Of a stretch of DNA of 64,000 nt, positions 32,280-43,304 are shown one piece after another; positions within the stretch are counted from its first letter, which is position 1, and each line of letters starts with the position of its first letter. Source of the stretch: Bdellovibrionales bacterium (GTDB lineage Bacteria; Bdellovibrionota; Bdellovibrionia; Bdellovibrionales; JAUICD01); assembly GCA_965262715.1 (NCBI GenBank), contig OZ253553.1, positions 2,112,001 to 2,176,000 on the forward strand, in the 5' to 3' direction. Under the pieces are notes generated by a model, which made no database searches, was not told the DNA's origin, and saw nothing but the letters and a program-made list of their open reading frames with translations. Made by a program: the position numbers and the translations under genes.

Positions 32280-33140
32280 ATGATTGATTTTAGTAGTGAG
32301 TTTATTTCAGGAATTATCTTTTTAGCTTTAAGCGTCTTTTTATTTATCATTTCTAAGTACGTTAAAGATATTCTAACACCTTATCAGCTAAGAAGACAAT
32401 TAGACACCAAACAAAATGTTGCAGTTGCAATAAGTCTTGCAGGCTATTTAATGGCTGTTGTGATTATTCTTCTAGGGGCATTTTTAAGCCCTTCAGAAAG
32501 TCTTTTAGGTGATATTTTGGAGTTTATTCAATATGCAGTTCTTGGAATTGCTCTTCTTAATATATCTCGCATCATTAATGATAAATTCCTTTTAAGAAAA
32601 TTTTGTAATGTTAAGGAGTTAGTTGATGATCAAAATGCAGGTGCTGGTGCTGTAGAGTTTGGCTCTTATATTGCCTCAGGTCTTGTAATTGCAGGCTCTA
32701 TTCATGGACAGGGAGGTGGCTTGCACACAGCTTTAGCCTTTTTTATTTTAAGTCAAGGAGCATTAATCGCTTTTGCATTTCTTTATAATTTTATCACTCC
32801 ATTTGACGTTCAAGATGAAATTGAAAAAGACAATATAGCCGCTGGCGTGGCCTTTGGAGGCACTTTAGTGGCTTTAGGCATTATTCTATTAAAAGGAACT
32901 GTAGGTGACTTTATTAGCTGGCAATACAACCTAACAAACTTTTTAGTTAGTGTCATTTCTAGTCTGATCTTTTTCCCAATTATTAGACTTCTATTAGATA
33001 AGCTGCTTATTCCGAAAATTGACTTAAATCATGCAATAGCACAGGACAAAAACCTTGCCATTGGAATTCTTGAGATGACAGTTGCTGTTTCTTTTGCTGT
33101 GATTATTTACTTTTCAATTGATTTTGATCTATATTTTTAA
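32280..33140 (+). CDS. DUF350 membrane protein (tandem domains)
   Basis: Repeated N.A.(G/A) motifs (QNVAVA, QNAGAG, DNIAAG, KNLAIG). Confidence 0.8.
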   Translation: MIDFSSEFISGIIFLALSVFLFIISKYVKDILTPYQLRRQLDTKQNVAVAISLAGYLMAVVIILLGAFLSPSESLLGDILEFIQYAVLGIALLNISRIINDKFLLRKFCNVKELVDDQNAGAGAVEFGSYIASGLVIAGSIHGQGGGLHTALAFFILSQGALIAFAFLYNFITPFDVQDEIEKDNIAAGVAFGGTLVALGIILLKGTVGDFISWQYNLTNFLVSVISSLIFFPIIRLLLDKLLIPKIDLNHAIAQDKNLAIGILEMTVAVSFAVIIYFSIDFDLYF

Positions 33141-33734
33141 AATTTGAGCATTTGCAATCACTAAATCTTTTTCGATAAAAGCAATGCCATTCCCTTTATA
33201 GTCTTTTGCTTGAAAGCAAAAACTATATGCATCACTTTGTAACAAGTTCCAATCAAAAATACAAATATGACTTATAAAAAGAGAGTCATTACCTGGAGGT
33301 ATGCACTTAAAGGAAGCCTCTTTGGCCACCCATAAAAGAGCATTTACTGGAGCTTGCTGCACTTCTTCTACTTGAGAGAGACGATCTATCAAACCAGGTT
33401 TTACTCGTACAATTTGTTCAATATCAAGTCCTACAGAAATATTAAGCTTAAGAGAAAAAATGAATCCTCCTAAGATTTTACAGTGAGAAATAGAAATAGA
33501 AGCAAGATCAGCCCAAGGTCGCTTTCCAGGCATTAAAAGCTTTTTTCTGTCTGCTCCAAGATGAACAACCTTTTCTAGATGATTTGACAATATTTTCCTT
33601 AATTTTAAGCGTTCTTGCCAAGTGGGCCGATCAAAAAAATGGAAATAACAATAGGGGCAGCTACCCCAATACATAAGGTTGATCTGTCTAAATTTATCTA
33701 TTATCTTTTTTGTTCTACACAATAAATCTTTCAA
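33129..33734 (-). CDS. 4'-phosphopantetheinyl transferase
   Basis: SISH, VGLDIE, WVAKEASFK. Confidence 0.85.
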   Translation of the reverse strand: MKDLLCRTKKIIDKFRQINLMYWGSCPYCYFHFFDRPTWQERLKLRKILSNHLEKVVHLGADRKKLLMPGKRPWADLASISISHCKILGGFIFSLKLNISVGLDIEQIVRVKPGLIDRLSQVEEVQQAPVNALLWVAKEASFKCIPPGNDSLFISHICIFDWNLLQSDAYSFCFQAKDYKGNGIAFIEKDLVIANAQILKI

Positions 33735-33829
33735 AATATTCCCTTATAATAGCTATTTATGGGTTTTAACACTTATAAGTTGATTTTTCACCAAAAAGAT
33801 TTTTTACTGACTCTTGCAAAAACAACAAG

Positions 33830-34504
33830 ATGAACTATGATTTAAGAATGCCAAAAAAAGAAAATCAAGACCAAAAAAAGCCATCTAACAATACCACAAA
33901 GATTATAGGGATTCTTATCGCTTTTTCAATGCTCTGTTTTATCACATCATGCTTTATGAATATGAATACAGATTCAGTTATAAAAGAAAGTATCCCTATA
34001 ACAGGCGGTGAAATTGGGCCTATTGAAGTGAGCAAAGACTATTCTGTTTACAATGTGCATGTTGAAAAATATCTTAACAATAATTCATGGAGTTTTATTG
34101 GAGGGGATGTCTTAGACCAGGATAAAAATTACCTTTTTGGATTTGGTAAGGAGCTTTGGAAAGAGTCAGGCTTTGATTCTGACGGACGATGGGCAGAACA
34201 AGACACAGATATGAACATTAAAATTACATTTAACAAGGCTGGTATTTATTATCTTAGATTCAATGACGAGTCAAGCAATACAGCTACTTCAACAACCAGT
34301 AGTTTTAATTCTCAATCTAATCGCTTATCAGGCTTGCAGGTGACAGTATCGCCTAAACTTGGTAGTTCTTTAATACATTTTATCTTAGGATGTATTGCAC
34401 TCATAACTGGAGTTGGTTTATTTTTATTTAGTCAACTTACAGCTAAAGAAAATTCATATAACTTAACTAATAGAAACTCTAGGAATAATTTTTATGACTT
34501 TTAA
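33830..34504 (+). CDS. Membrane protein resembling the C-terminal part of DUF4178 proteins
   Basis: GFDSDGRWAE, GIYYLR; two TMs. Confidence 0.55.
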   Translation: MNYDLRMPKKENQDQKKPSNNTTKIIGILIAFSMLCFITSCFMNMNTDSVIKESIPITGGEIGPIEVSKDYSVYNVHVEKYLNNNSWSFIGGDVLDQDKNYLFGFGKELWKESGFDSDGRWAEQDTDMNIKITFNKAGIYYLRFNDESSNTATSTTSSFNSQSNRLSGLQVTVSPKLGSSLIHFILGCIALITGVGLFLFSQLTAKENSYNLTNRNSRNNFYDF

Positions 34505-34757
34505 AAAAAATAAGATCTCCAAAAATGAAAAAGGTAGCGCAGTAATTATATTATTGATTGTAATGTTCATTTTTATCTATTTTTCAGCCTTTTCCTGTAG
34601 CCGTAGAGGCTGGGGTTACCCAGGTTACTATGGCTATCACTATGGGCCATCTTTGTGGTATTGGGGTAGTCCCTACACTTATAATAGGCCAAGTGTTCGT
34701 TCCGGAAGTGTTGGTGGTCCTCGTCATCGCGGTGGGGGTTTAGGTGGTGGAAAGTAA
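34494..34757 (+). CDS. Small Gly/Tyr-rich membrane protein
   Basis: TM then SVRSGS...GGGLGGGK; overlaps both neighbours. Confidence 0.7.
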   Translation: MTFKKNKISKNEKGSAVIILLIVMFIFIYFSAFSCSRRGWGYPGYYGYHYGPSLWYWGSPYTYNRPSVRSGSVGGPRHRGGGLGGGK

Positions 34758-36288
34758 ATCCCAAAACAAAATTCAAAAGTTTGAATCCATTGTCTTACTT
34801 TTAACTGTATTCATAGTAGGCCTATGCACAATTGTTTATGAACTTCTTATCGGAAGTGTCTCTTCTTATTTTTTAGGTGACAGCATCACTCAATTTTCTA
34901 TCACCATTGGTCTTTCTATGACAGCTATGGGAGTTGGAACTTTACTCTCACGTTATATTGAAAATAATCTGATCCGTTATTTCATCTTTGTTGAATTTGC
35001 GCTTGGTTTTATTGGAGGGCTTAGTGTTCCTATTTTATTTGTAGCTTACACACACACTTCAATATATTACCCGATCATGGTTTCTATGATTATGATAATT
35101 GGAATTTTAATAGGACTTGAAATTCCTTTGCTAACTAGAATTATGGAATATTCTTACTCTTTAAGAATAAACATTTCAAATGTTCTTTCTTTAGATTATT
35201 TAGGAGCACTGGTAGCCACTATTTTATTTCCTTTTTTTCTTCTGCCTTTTTTTGGAATTTTCAAAAGCTCTATCATAACGGGAGGAATCAACCTGTTAGT
35301 TGGTATTTTTAATCTCTATTACTTCCAACATCAACTTAGAATTAGAAACATTAAAGCTCTTCGTTTTATAAGCGCAAGCATAATCACAATTATGATTGGG
35401 CTTTTTATATTTTCTCAATTTTTGATCAATGCATGGGAAACCACAATTTATGAGGATAGAGTTATTTTTTCTCATCAATCTAGATATCAAAAAATCGTGC
35501 TGACAAAAAACAAAGAAGATATCAGGTTATATCTTGACGGCAGCCTTCAGTTTTCATCTATTGACGAATATCGCTACCATGAAGCATTAGCACATATCCC
35601 TCTCTCTTTAACACCTTATCGAGAATCTATCTTGATCCTAGGAGGTGGAGATGGCCTTCTTGCAAGACAGTTATTAAAATATTCAGATATCCAAACTATT
35701 ACAGTAGTTGATATGGACAAAGAGGTTACAAGGATTGCAAAAAAGCATCCTCTTCTATTAGAAATCAATCAAAACAGTTTAAATAACAAAAAAGTTAATG
35801 TGATCAATAATGATGCTTTTAAATATTTAGAAAGCACTTCTCAATACTATGATATTATCTTAGCTGATCTACCTGATCCTAAGAATACAAGTTTATCTAG
35901 ATTGTATAGTCGAGAATTTTTTAAATTGATCAAAAAACGTTTAAGTAAACAGGGAATTTTTGTCACGCAATCAACAAGTCCTTTTTTTGCTAAGAAAGCT
36001 TTCTGGTGTATTCATGAATCCATTAAATCTGCTGGATTTCATTTTGTAAAACCTTATCATGCTTACGTGCCATCTATGGGAGATTGGGGTTTTGTTATGG
36101 CTGCAAACAGATATTTAGATATTGATAATATGAATTTAGATGTACCTACACAATTTTTAAGTGCTACTGAGATAAAAACTTTATTTTATTTTCCAAAAGA
36201 TTTAATTTTAAATCAGGTTTTGTCAAGTTCTCTTAGCCGTCCAAATGTGTTAAATTATTATTTGGAAGGCTGGAAGCATTGGCATTAA
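34744..36288 (+). CDS. speE: Membrane-fused polyamine aminopropyltransferase (spermidine synthase-like)
   Basis: 7 TM + DEYRYHE, LGGGDG, DLPDP, LYSREF. Confidence 0.9.
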   Translation: MVESKSQNKIQKFESIVLLLTVFIVGLCTIVYELLIGSVSSYFLGDSITQFSITIGLSMTAMGVGTLLSRYIENNLIRYFIFVEFALGFIGGLSVPILFVAYTHTSIYYPIMVSMIMIIGILIGLEIPLLTRIMEYSYSLRINISNVLSLDYLGALVATILFPFFLLPFFGIFKSSIITGGINLLVGIFNLYYFQHQLRIRNIKALRFISASIITIMIGLFIFSQFLINAWETTIYEDRVIFSHQSRYQKIVLTKNKEDIRLYLDGSLQFSSIDEYRYHEALAHIPLSLTPYRESILILGGGDGLLARQLLKYSDIQTITVVDMDKEVTRIAKKHPLLLEINQNSLNNKKVNVINNDAFKYLESTSQYYDIILADLPDPKNTSLSRLYSREFFKLIKKRLSKQGIFVTQSTSPFFAKKAFWCIHESIKSAGFHFVKPYHAYVPSMGDWGFVMAANRYLDIDNMNLDVPTQFLSATEIKTLFYFPKDLILNQVLSSSLSRPNVLNYYLEGWKHWH

Positions 36289-36601
36289 CAAAAGTATAAC
36301 AACTTATATTTCTATTGAAATGATGAATCTCACATTATATAACTTTTAAAAATATATAATATTTTATAGCAATAAGAAGTACCTTATAATGACTATCTAA
36401 GTTTTTAAGCTATTTTTAAGATTTTTTAAGTAATCTATAGTTTTCACATTAAATGCCAGATACCTAGACATAAAACCTTTTTTATGCGCATTCTCTTAAT
36501 AAAAACTTCTTCATAATAAAAGCCATCTAGTTGATTACTTTATTTCTTTATTTCTAGACAGATAAGTCCTAGTCTATTCATAAACCCTAAATTTTTATAA
36601 T

Positions 36602-36874
36602 ATGGGTTTTATCTATCTATCAAAAACTAACGGTGATTTTATGAAAAATATAAAGTTTAAGAGAATTTACTTAATAGAACTTATTATTGCTGTTACTATT
36701 TCTGTCGCAATAGTCAGCATCTTTTCGTTTAAATATCTTACACAAGTCCATAGACAATATATAAGGCATAGTAAAATGTTTATTGAAACTCATCAAAGAA
36801 TTGACCTCCTTGAAGAACAATTAAAAGAAGGGTGTCTAAAGTATCATAAGAATATTAATCCAACTGAATTATAA
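36602..36874 (+). CDS. Small protein with pilin-like N-terminal helix
   Basis: YLIELIIAVTI resembles a prepilin motif but lacks the canonical G/F site. Confidence 0.45.
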   Translation: MGFIYLSKTNGDFMKNIKFKRIYLIELIIAVTISVAIVSIFSFKYLTQVHRQYIRHSKMFIETHQRIDLLEEQLKEGCLKYHKNINPTEL

Positions 36875-37380
36875 ATAAGAATCCACCCATCTATTAAAAT
36901 AATGATCCTGAGGTTTGCCCTGTACAAACAAAGCTTTACCTAGATAAAGTAAATGTAAATGCAGCTTTATAATAAACCTCTAAGACCTTACCTCAAAAAG
37001 GGAGAAAACACCTCTTTTTAACACTATCCATCATAAAAGCTCTTTTAATAACGATGTGAAGTATAAAATATTTTTAGATTGATATTCTCAAAAATAGCAC
37101 ACTTTTAATGTTTTTTCTTGCATATTTTATGTCTTCTTGAAAGACTAGCTTGTTTTAAATACTCTCTGTGAAACACTCAATCAGAAGCACTTCCACTATG
37201 TATTATTTAAGAATTATTTTAATCCTAATAGTACACCAATTTTAAAAATATCTATAATCATAAAAAGTTGCGTTTATAATTTGAACTTATGTTATAATGA
37301 TATGAATTTAGTTTGACATATCTATGTAAAAGTTAAGACCATTAAAGTAACAGTTTAAATCCATATCTTCTTGATTAAAT

Positions 37381-38196
37381 ATGAACCAGCTTTTTTACAA
37401 AGATATAAGATGTATTCAGATTTCCTTCATGGGAGTTCTTTTTAGCTATGGTGTCTTAGTATTTGATTTCTCTCTCCTATGGACACAAGTAGTTATGACA
37501 TTTATTACTGGTCTTATAACTCAGTTTTTTTGGATAAAGAAATTCAATTTAAAAATAAACAGTCTTTTAAGTGCTATGATCACTTGCTTAAGCCTTGCTC
37601 TTTTATTAAGAAGCTATAATTTGTGGATACATCCTCTAGCAGCCTTTATTGCCATTAATTCAAAATTTATGATTCAATATAAAAGACAACATCTCTTTAA
37701 TCCATCTGCTTTTGGAATTTTTATTGTCTTATTATTAGAAGGAGCTTGGCTCTCTCCTGGGCAGTGGGGATCTAATGTGTCTTTAGCTATATGGATGGTT
37801 GCTTTTGGGTGCCTTATTGCTAGCCGAGTTCATCGTATGGATACAGCTTGGTTATTTTTAGTATTCTATTTAGGAGGACTTTTGATGCGAAATACATACT
37901 TAGGTTATGAAATGCCAGTTTTTTATCATACAGCTTCAAATGGTTCCCTGCTATTGTTTGCTTTTTTTATGATCTCCGATCCTAAGACTTCCCCAAATCA
38001 CTTCATAGGTAAAACACTATTTACCCTTTTAGTGGCTTTCACTGCTCTTATTTGTAATTACTATTTTTATATACAAAATGGCTTAATTTATTCCTTAGTA
38101 TTTTGGTCTTGTTTTATTCCTTTTTTAAACTATCAATTCTATGCAAGTCCTTTTCAGTGGAAAATAGAAAAAGAAAGCAATAAAGTTTTAACTTAA
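37381..38196 (+). CDS. RnfD/NqrB-like membrane protein
   Basis: HLFNPS, FFMISDPKTSP. Confidence 0.8.
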   Translation: MNQLFYKDIRCIQISFMGVLFSYGVLVFDFSLLWTQVVMTFITGLITQFFWIKKFNLKINSLLSAMITCLSLALLLRSYNLWIHPLAAFIAINSKFMIQYKRQHLFNPSAFGIFIVLLLEGAWLSPGQWGSNVSLAIWMVAFGCLIASRVHRMDTAWLFLVFYLGGLLMRNTYLGYEMPVFYHTASNGSLLLFAFFMISDPKTSPNHFIGKTLFTLLVAFTALICNYYFYIQNGLIYSLVFWSCFIPFLNYQFYASPFQWKIEKESNKVLT

Positions 38197-38219
38197 AAGA
38201 AATATTTCTAGGAGGAAAA

Positions 38220-39569
38220 ATGAGAAGGTCTTATATTTTGATAATCTATCTACTCTTATCTGTTAATAAATCTTATGGCTTCTGTGGTTTTTATGTAGCT
38301 AAAGGAGATTCAAGTCTTTTTAATAAGGCTTCTCAAGTGGTTTTAGTACGAAATGAAAATAAAACAGTCATAAGTATGCTCAATGATTATGAAGGATCTT
38401 TTAAAGAGTTTGCATTGGTGGTTCCTGTTCCCTCTATTTTGAAAAAAGAGCAAGTTAATGTTGGTAATAACAAGCTCTTTGAAAGGATCGATGCTTTTAC
38501 AGCTCCTAGGCTCGTTGAATATTTTGATAAAGACCCCTGTGTCACCCCAATAGTACTTAGAGCTGCTAAAAGAGCTAGAGGGGGAAGATCCGCTAGGAAG
38601 AACAAGTCTAAAAAAAGATCCTTAGGTGTCACAGTTGAAGAAAAATTTACAGTTGGAGAATATGATATTGTTATTTTATCAGCAAAAGAATCCCAAGGCT
38701 TAGAAACGTGGCTGACAACAAATAAATATAAAATTCCCAAAGGAGCTCATAAAGCACTTGCGCCTTATATTGCACAAAAAATGAAATTTTTTGTAGCTAA
38801 GGTCAACCTTGGACAACAAGCCAAAACAGGCTTAACTCATTTAAGACCTATCCAGTTTGCTTTTGAGTCAGAAAGATTTATGCTACCTATCCGTTTAGGA
38901 ATGCTAAATGCTAAAGGATACCAAGACTTATTTGTTTATGTATTAAGTAAAAAAGGGCGCGTAGAAACCACAAATTATCGGACAATAAAAATCCCGACAG
39001 ATATAGATATTCCAGTTTATGTTAAAAATAAATTCTCTGACTTTTACAAAGCACTTTTTGAGACACAAGTAAAAAAAGAAAGAATGAAAGCTATCTTCAC
39101 AGAATATTTTTGGGATATGGGTTGGTGTGATCCTTGTGCTGCTAATCCTTTAACTCAAAAAGAATTAAGACAATTAGGTGTTTTTTGGATTAACAAAAAT
39201 ACAAATCCATCTCATTTTTCTAATCCTGGTCCTTTTAGAAGAGGAGGTCAAGCTCAACCAGTTAAAGTCACTCGTCTTCACCTTCGTTATGACCATAAGA
39301 CTTTTCCAGAAGATCTGATGTTCCATGAAACAGATGATAAAAAGAATTTTCAGGGACGTTATATACTCCGACATCCATGGAAAGGGTCCTTACAATGTGA
39401 AGCAGCTCAAAGATATGTTGAAAATCTTCCCTATCGCCAAGAAAAAGAGGCTCAAAATTTAGCTCAACTCACAGGATGGGGTATCAGCGAAATCAGAAAG
39501 AATATTGACTTTTCTGCTCCTCCCTCTAAAAAACCTAAACATCCTTGGTGGAAAGATCTATGGGAATGA
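38220..39569 (+). CDS. DUF2330 secreted protein
   Basis: FCGFYV, APRLVEY, LPIRLG, FQGRY. Confidence 0.85.
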   Translation: MRRSYILIIYLLLSVNKSYGFCGFYVAKGDSSLFNKASQVVLVRNENKTVISMLNDYEGSFKEFALVVPVPSILKKEQVNVGNNKLFERIDAFTAPRLVEYFDKDPCVTPIVLRAAKRARGGRSARKNKSKKRSLGVTVEEKFTVGEYDIVILSAKESQGLETWLTTNKYKIPKGAHKALAPYIAQKMKFFVAKVNLGQQAKTGLTHLRPIQFAFESERFMLPIRLGMLNAKGYQDLFVYVLSKKGRVETTNYRTIKIPTDIDIPVYVKNKFSDFYKALFETQVKKERMKAIFTEYFWDMGWCDPCAANPLTQKELRQLGVFWINKNTNPSHFSNPGPFRRGGQAQPVKVTRLHLRYDHKTFPEDLMFHETDDKKNFQGRYILRHPWKGSLQCEAAQRYVENLPYRQEKEAQNLAQLTGWGISEIRKNIDFSAPPSKKPKHPWWKDLWE

Positions 39570-40050
39570 TTCAATATATCAAACAAAGTGCTGATGACAT
39601 TTTCTAAATATTTTTACTTTGCAAACATAAGCTTAATTAGAAGTTATTATCAAGGAGCTTGTTGTTCTTCGGCAAGTTGTTGAAGTTTTTGTTTAACAAA
39701 TCTCTCATGACTATTTTCATCATAGTGTGAATCATCATAATCATAAAACCTATCTATTGAAAATAACTCTGACTAAAGGTGTTAAAGTTTCACAAAATTT
39801 AATACAAGTAATATTTTAGCAAGCTGACTAAATAACAGAAGATAGAAAAGGAACTCTCTATAAAAGGTATTACAAGCTCACGTGTTTGTAATATAAATAT
39901 TCTTAAAGAGGAATTTTAACTAAAAACACTTTTTTATGGCTTTATAGTTAGAAAATATTTATTTTAGATTGTGCAATCAGGTAGTTTTTTATATAGTAAG
40001 TGATGTAATAATAGACATCTTTAACCCATTCACCATTAACCAAAAATAAA

Positions 40051-40608
40051 ATGAACCTATTAGATCAAATATTGAATTATAACAAAAGTTGGGCGAAGGA
40101 AAAGCAAGATACAAACGGCTTTCTAACACAAAATCAACACCCTTCATGCTTATGGATTGGCTGCTCTGACAGTCGTGTGCCAGAATCTATCATTTGCGGG
40201 ATGGATAGTCAGATATTTGTTCATAGAAATATTGCTAACCTTATAGCAAAAGATGATCATAATTGCTTAGCTGTTATTGAATATGCTGTTGATATCTTAC
40301 ATGTACCCCATATCATTGTATGTGGACATTACGACTGTAAAGGAATACAGATGGCAATGAACTCTAATAACGTGGATAAAGGTAACCATTTAAATATATG
40401 GATTAACAATATAAAACATATCCTTGATGGTTGTTCAAATCATAAAGATATAGTGAAAAAGAATGTTTTATATCAATTAGACACTTTAGCCAGTTTACCT
40501 GTTGTACAAAAAGCCAGACAACGTGACCATCAATTAAGTCTACATGGTTTGGTTTATGACCCTCACACAAGATTACTTAAAACTATTGATGCTTTAAAAT
40601 ATCTGTGA
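40051..40608 (+). CDS. can: Beta-carbonic anhydrase
   Basis: GCSDSRV, HRNIAN, CGHYDC. Confidence 0.93.
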   Translation: MNLLDQILNYNKSWAKEKQDTNGFLTQNQHPSCLWIGCSDSRVPESIICGMDSQIFVHRNIANLIAKDDHNCLAVIEYAVDILHVPHIIVCGHYDCKGIQMAMNSNNVDKGNHLNIWINNIKHILDGCSNHKDIVKKNVLYQLDTLASLPVVQKARQRDHQLSLHGLVYDPHTRLLKTIDALKYL

Positions 40609-40915
40609 AAGCTTACTGCTAAGTGTGCTAGTTGCAAAAGAAAGTTAAGCAATTACAATAAGTTATAATAATAAAGAAAATAATCAAAAGTTGTAACAAG
40701 CAAAAATTGAAATATATAAGCTGCTTATGCATTATAATATAGATAAAGAAAAGCCTTCATAATAAGTATTTTGTTATTGAATTTCTCTAAAATATATGTA
40801 ATTATAGCTCTTCTACTTTTTTATAAAAAAGATAGATCACTCAATATGAAATGAAGTCGAGGAATTATTAACAAATTAAAATTACGAAGTTTCTATACAA
40901 TATGAAGGTGTCATC

Positions 40916-42379
40916 GTGAATAAAAAAATAATAGGTATGGGAGTTAAACATTTTTATTTTAGAGATGAACAAGTAAGCCTTTATTCATCAAGTGATAATG
41001 TATCCTTAATAGATGGAGATATGATTTTATTCTCCCCAAAGTTTTTTAACTATCCCCGTATCAATCAAAACCAGTTTGATGGAGAGCAATTACTGACAAA
41101 AGATCAATCTGCTCTTTTTCGAGATGAATTTCAGTACTGGCAAATTGAAATGGAAATTGCAATTAAAAAAAAGAAAACTATTTTTGTTTTTTGTGAACAA
41201 CCAAAAAGATTTTATTTTTATTCAGAATCTCTTATATGTCCCGATTTCTTCATTGGCTCTCTTCTTCTTTTAGATTTACCATACTTAAAGAGATACCGCC
41301 TTGTTTCAGGAAAAGAAATTAAATATCACAACAAAAATACTATCTTAAAACCTCTTTGGGAAAATTTTCACAAATACTTCTGGCATAAAATAGCTTTTCA
41401 AAAAAAACATTTTTCAGAGAATGTGTATTTTGTTCCAAAAACTTTTAATCCAAAAAATGAAGAATCAGAAGTATTTGGTGGAATTATTCGCACATCCTAT
41501 GGCGGATTTGTAGTTGTTCTTCCTGCAATTAATTTCAAACATCCAGACTTTGTAAGCGAACTTCAACATTCAAAAACTGGCATACAAAACATGTATGATG
41601 AAGAAAAGTTACTAGATCTTTCACATCAACTCATACAACATATCATTCAAATAGACTATACACTTAAAAGCTACTATACTTTAACTCCTGCTCCTGCATG
41701 GTCTAGTCAAGATGAATTTAAAATAAATACTGCTTCTAAAATAGAAAAAGACATAAGCAATTTACAAACTAAAATACAAAAATTAGATCAAAATAGAACC
41801 CATCTTGAAAAACGCTTAGAGAGGGAAAAAATACCTCATAGACTTCTTTTTGAAAATGGCAAACCTCTTAGAGAAGCTGTTATAAATTGCTTGAAGTTAA
41901 TCGGATTTAATAATACCTCATGTTATGATAAACAAGTTCAATTTGATGTGATATGCAAATCCGAAGAAGGGACATGTTTAGGTGAGGTTGAAGGTAAAGA
42001 TAATAAAGCTGTTGATGTAAATAAAATTTCTCAATTAACAAAAATGCTTAAAGATTATATTGAAAATAAAAAAGTAAAAACACCGTTAAAGGGAGTGATC
42101 TTTGGAAACGGATATCGATTTGAAGAACCAAATAAGAGACCAAATCAATTTACCAATGAGTGCATCAAAACTGCTAAACAACAAAATATCTCTCTTGTCT
42201 GTACAACAGACTTATTTTATATATCACAATATTTAAAAAATCATTTAGACATTAGCTTTGCAACCAAGTGCAGGCAAGTTATCTTATCAGCTAAAGGAAT
42301 GGTTTCATTTGAGTCTATTTTTAAACAAAGATCCTCTGATCAAAAACTATCTCCCACTTCTAAAAACCCTCTTATTTAA
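40916..42379 (+). CDS. Hypothetical protein: coiled coil + C-terminal PD-(D/E)xK-like domain
   Basis: FDVI...LGEVEGKD...KGVIFGNG. Confidence 0.55.
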   Translation: MNKKIIGMGVKHFYFRDEQVSLYSSSDNVSLIDGDMILFSPKFFNYPRINQNQFDGEQLLTKDQSALFRDEFQYWQIEMEIAIKKKKTIFVFCEQPKRFYFYSESLICPDFFIGSLLLLDLPYLKRYRLVSGKEIKYHNKNTILKPLWENFHKYFWHKIAFQKKHFSENVYFVPKTFNPKNEESEVFGGIIRTSYGGFVVVLPAINFKHPDFVSELQHSKTGIQNMYDEEKLLDLSHQLIQHIIQIDYTLKSYYTLTPAPAWSSQDEFKINTASKIEKDISNLQTKIQKLDQNRTHLEKRLEREKIPHRLLFENGKPLREAVINCLKLIGFNNTSCYDKQVQFDVICKSEEGTCLGEVEGKDNKAVDVNKISQLTKMLKDYIENKKVKTPLKGVIFGNGYRFEEPNKRPNQFTNECIKTAKQQNISLVCTTDLFYISQYLKNHLDISFATKCRQVILSAKGMVSFESIFKQRSSDQKLSPTSKNPLI

Positions 42380-42431
42380 TAGTGTAAGTGAATTTAAAAC
42401 TTTAAGAGGAAGATGTTATTATAAATATTGA

Positions 42432-42941
42432 TTAAGCAGACACTTTTAATGAAACACATTTATGAAAAAATTTCTGTAGAGGCACTTTTAAATCAATGTG
42501 TTGAGAAAAAATCTTATAAGTCACATCACATAAGTCATTAAGTTCTCTTAACAATGTAGTTTTAATAGGAGCTTGTTCCCATATTGCAAAAAACACAGGG
42601 GCTTTGTTTGCCTTAAAAATATTGTAGGCTAATTCAAAAGCACTACTTTCACTCAAAGCTGTTCTTATAACAATAAATGCCTCTGCTTGATCTATCAAAT
42701 TTAATCTATAGTCACGGAAGTTTTTAGGTGTAAATTCTTTTTTCTGATCTTGCTCAAAAAACTGTTTAAAAGAATCTTGTGACTGTGCCTTAAGAGGTGT
42801 AAGAAATCTCAGTGGTAAATTTTGTTTTAGATCAGATAAAGTATCCATTACACTTTGAATTCGACAACAATCTTCTTTACTAGATTGAGTAAATGGTTGA
42901 CGTACAAAAACATTAACATTCATAAACACTCTCTTGAACAA
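42432..42941 (-). CDS. Nucleoside 2-deoxyribosyltransferase-fold-like protein
   Basis: VFVRQPF, IDQAEAFI, SESSAFELAY. Confidence 0.45.
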   Translation of the reverse strand: MFKRVFMNVNVFVRQPFTQSSKEDCCRIQSVMDTLSDLKQNLPLRFLTPLKAQSQDSFKQFFEQDQKKEFTPKNFRDYRLNLIDQAEAFIVIRTALSESSAFELAYNIFKANKAPVFFAIWEQAPIKTTLLRELNDLCDVTYKIFSQHIDLKVPLQKFFHKCVSLKVSA

Positions 42942-42977
42942 AAATTTATGATTTTTAAAATATTACTAAAATAATTA

Positions 42978-43304
42978 GAAGCGGTCTCAAAAATAAAAGT
43001 TTAATAAATATTGCCAGAAATTCATAACTTTATCTAACTATAATATATCTCTGTGTTCACCTTCGTCTATAAACGTTTGTACCTATTACCTCTAATTTCT
43101 TATATAAAAGGGCTGTCTTCCTCAAAATGAATCACGCCGCTGGCGTGCTTTCTGGCACTAATCCGATGGTGAAAAACCATCGGATTAGTACCTAGAAAGC
43201 CTATTCATTTTGAGTAGAAGCCATCTCATGGGCTGTTTTGTATAATGCAAAACTGGTATCTTTTTTAAAACTTTTCTCTCTAGGAGCATTTTTGAGATGG
43301 CTTC
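42978..43304. mobile_element. MITE family C (TA-flanked) carrying an A element
   Basis: TIRs GAAGCGGTCTCAAAAAT / ATTTTTGAGATGGCTTC; A copy ~43113-43216. Confidence 0.8.
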
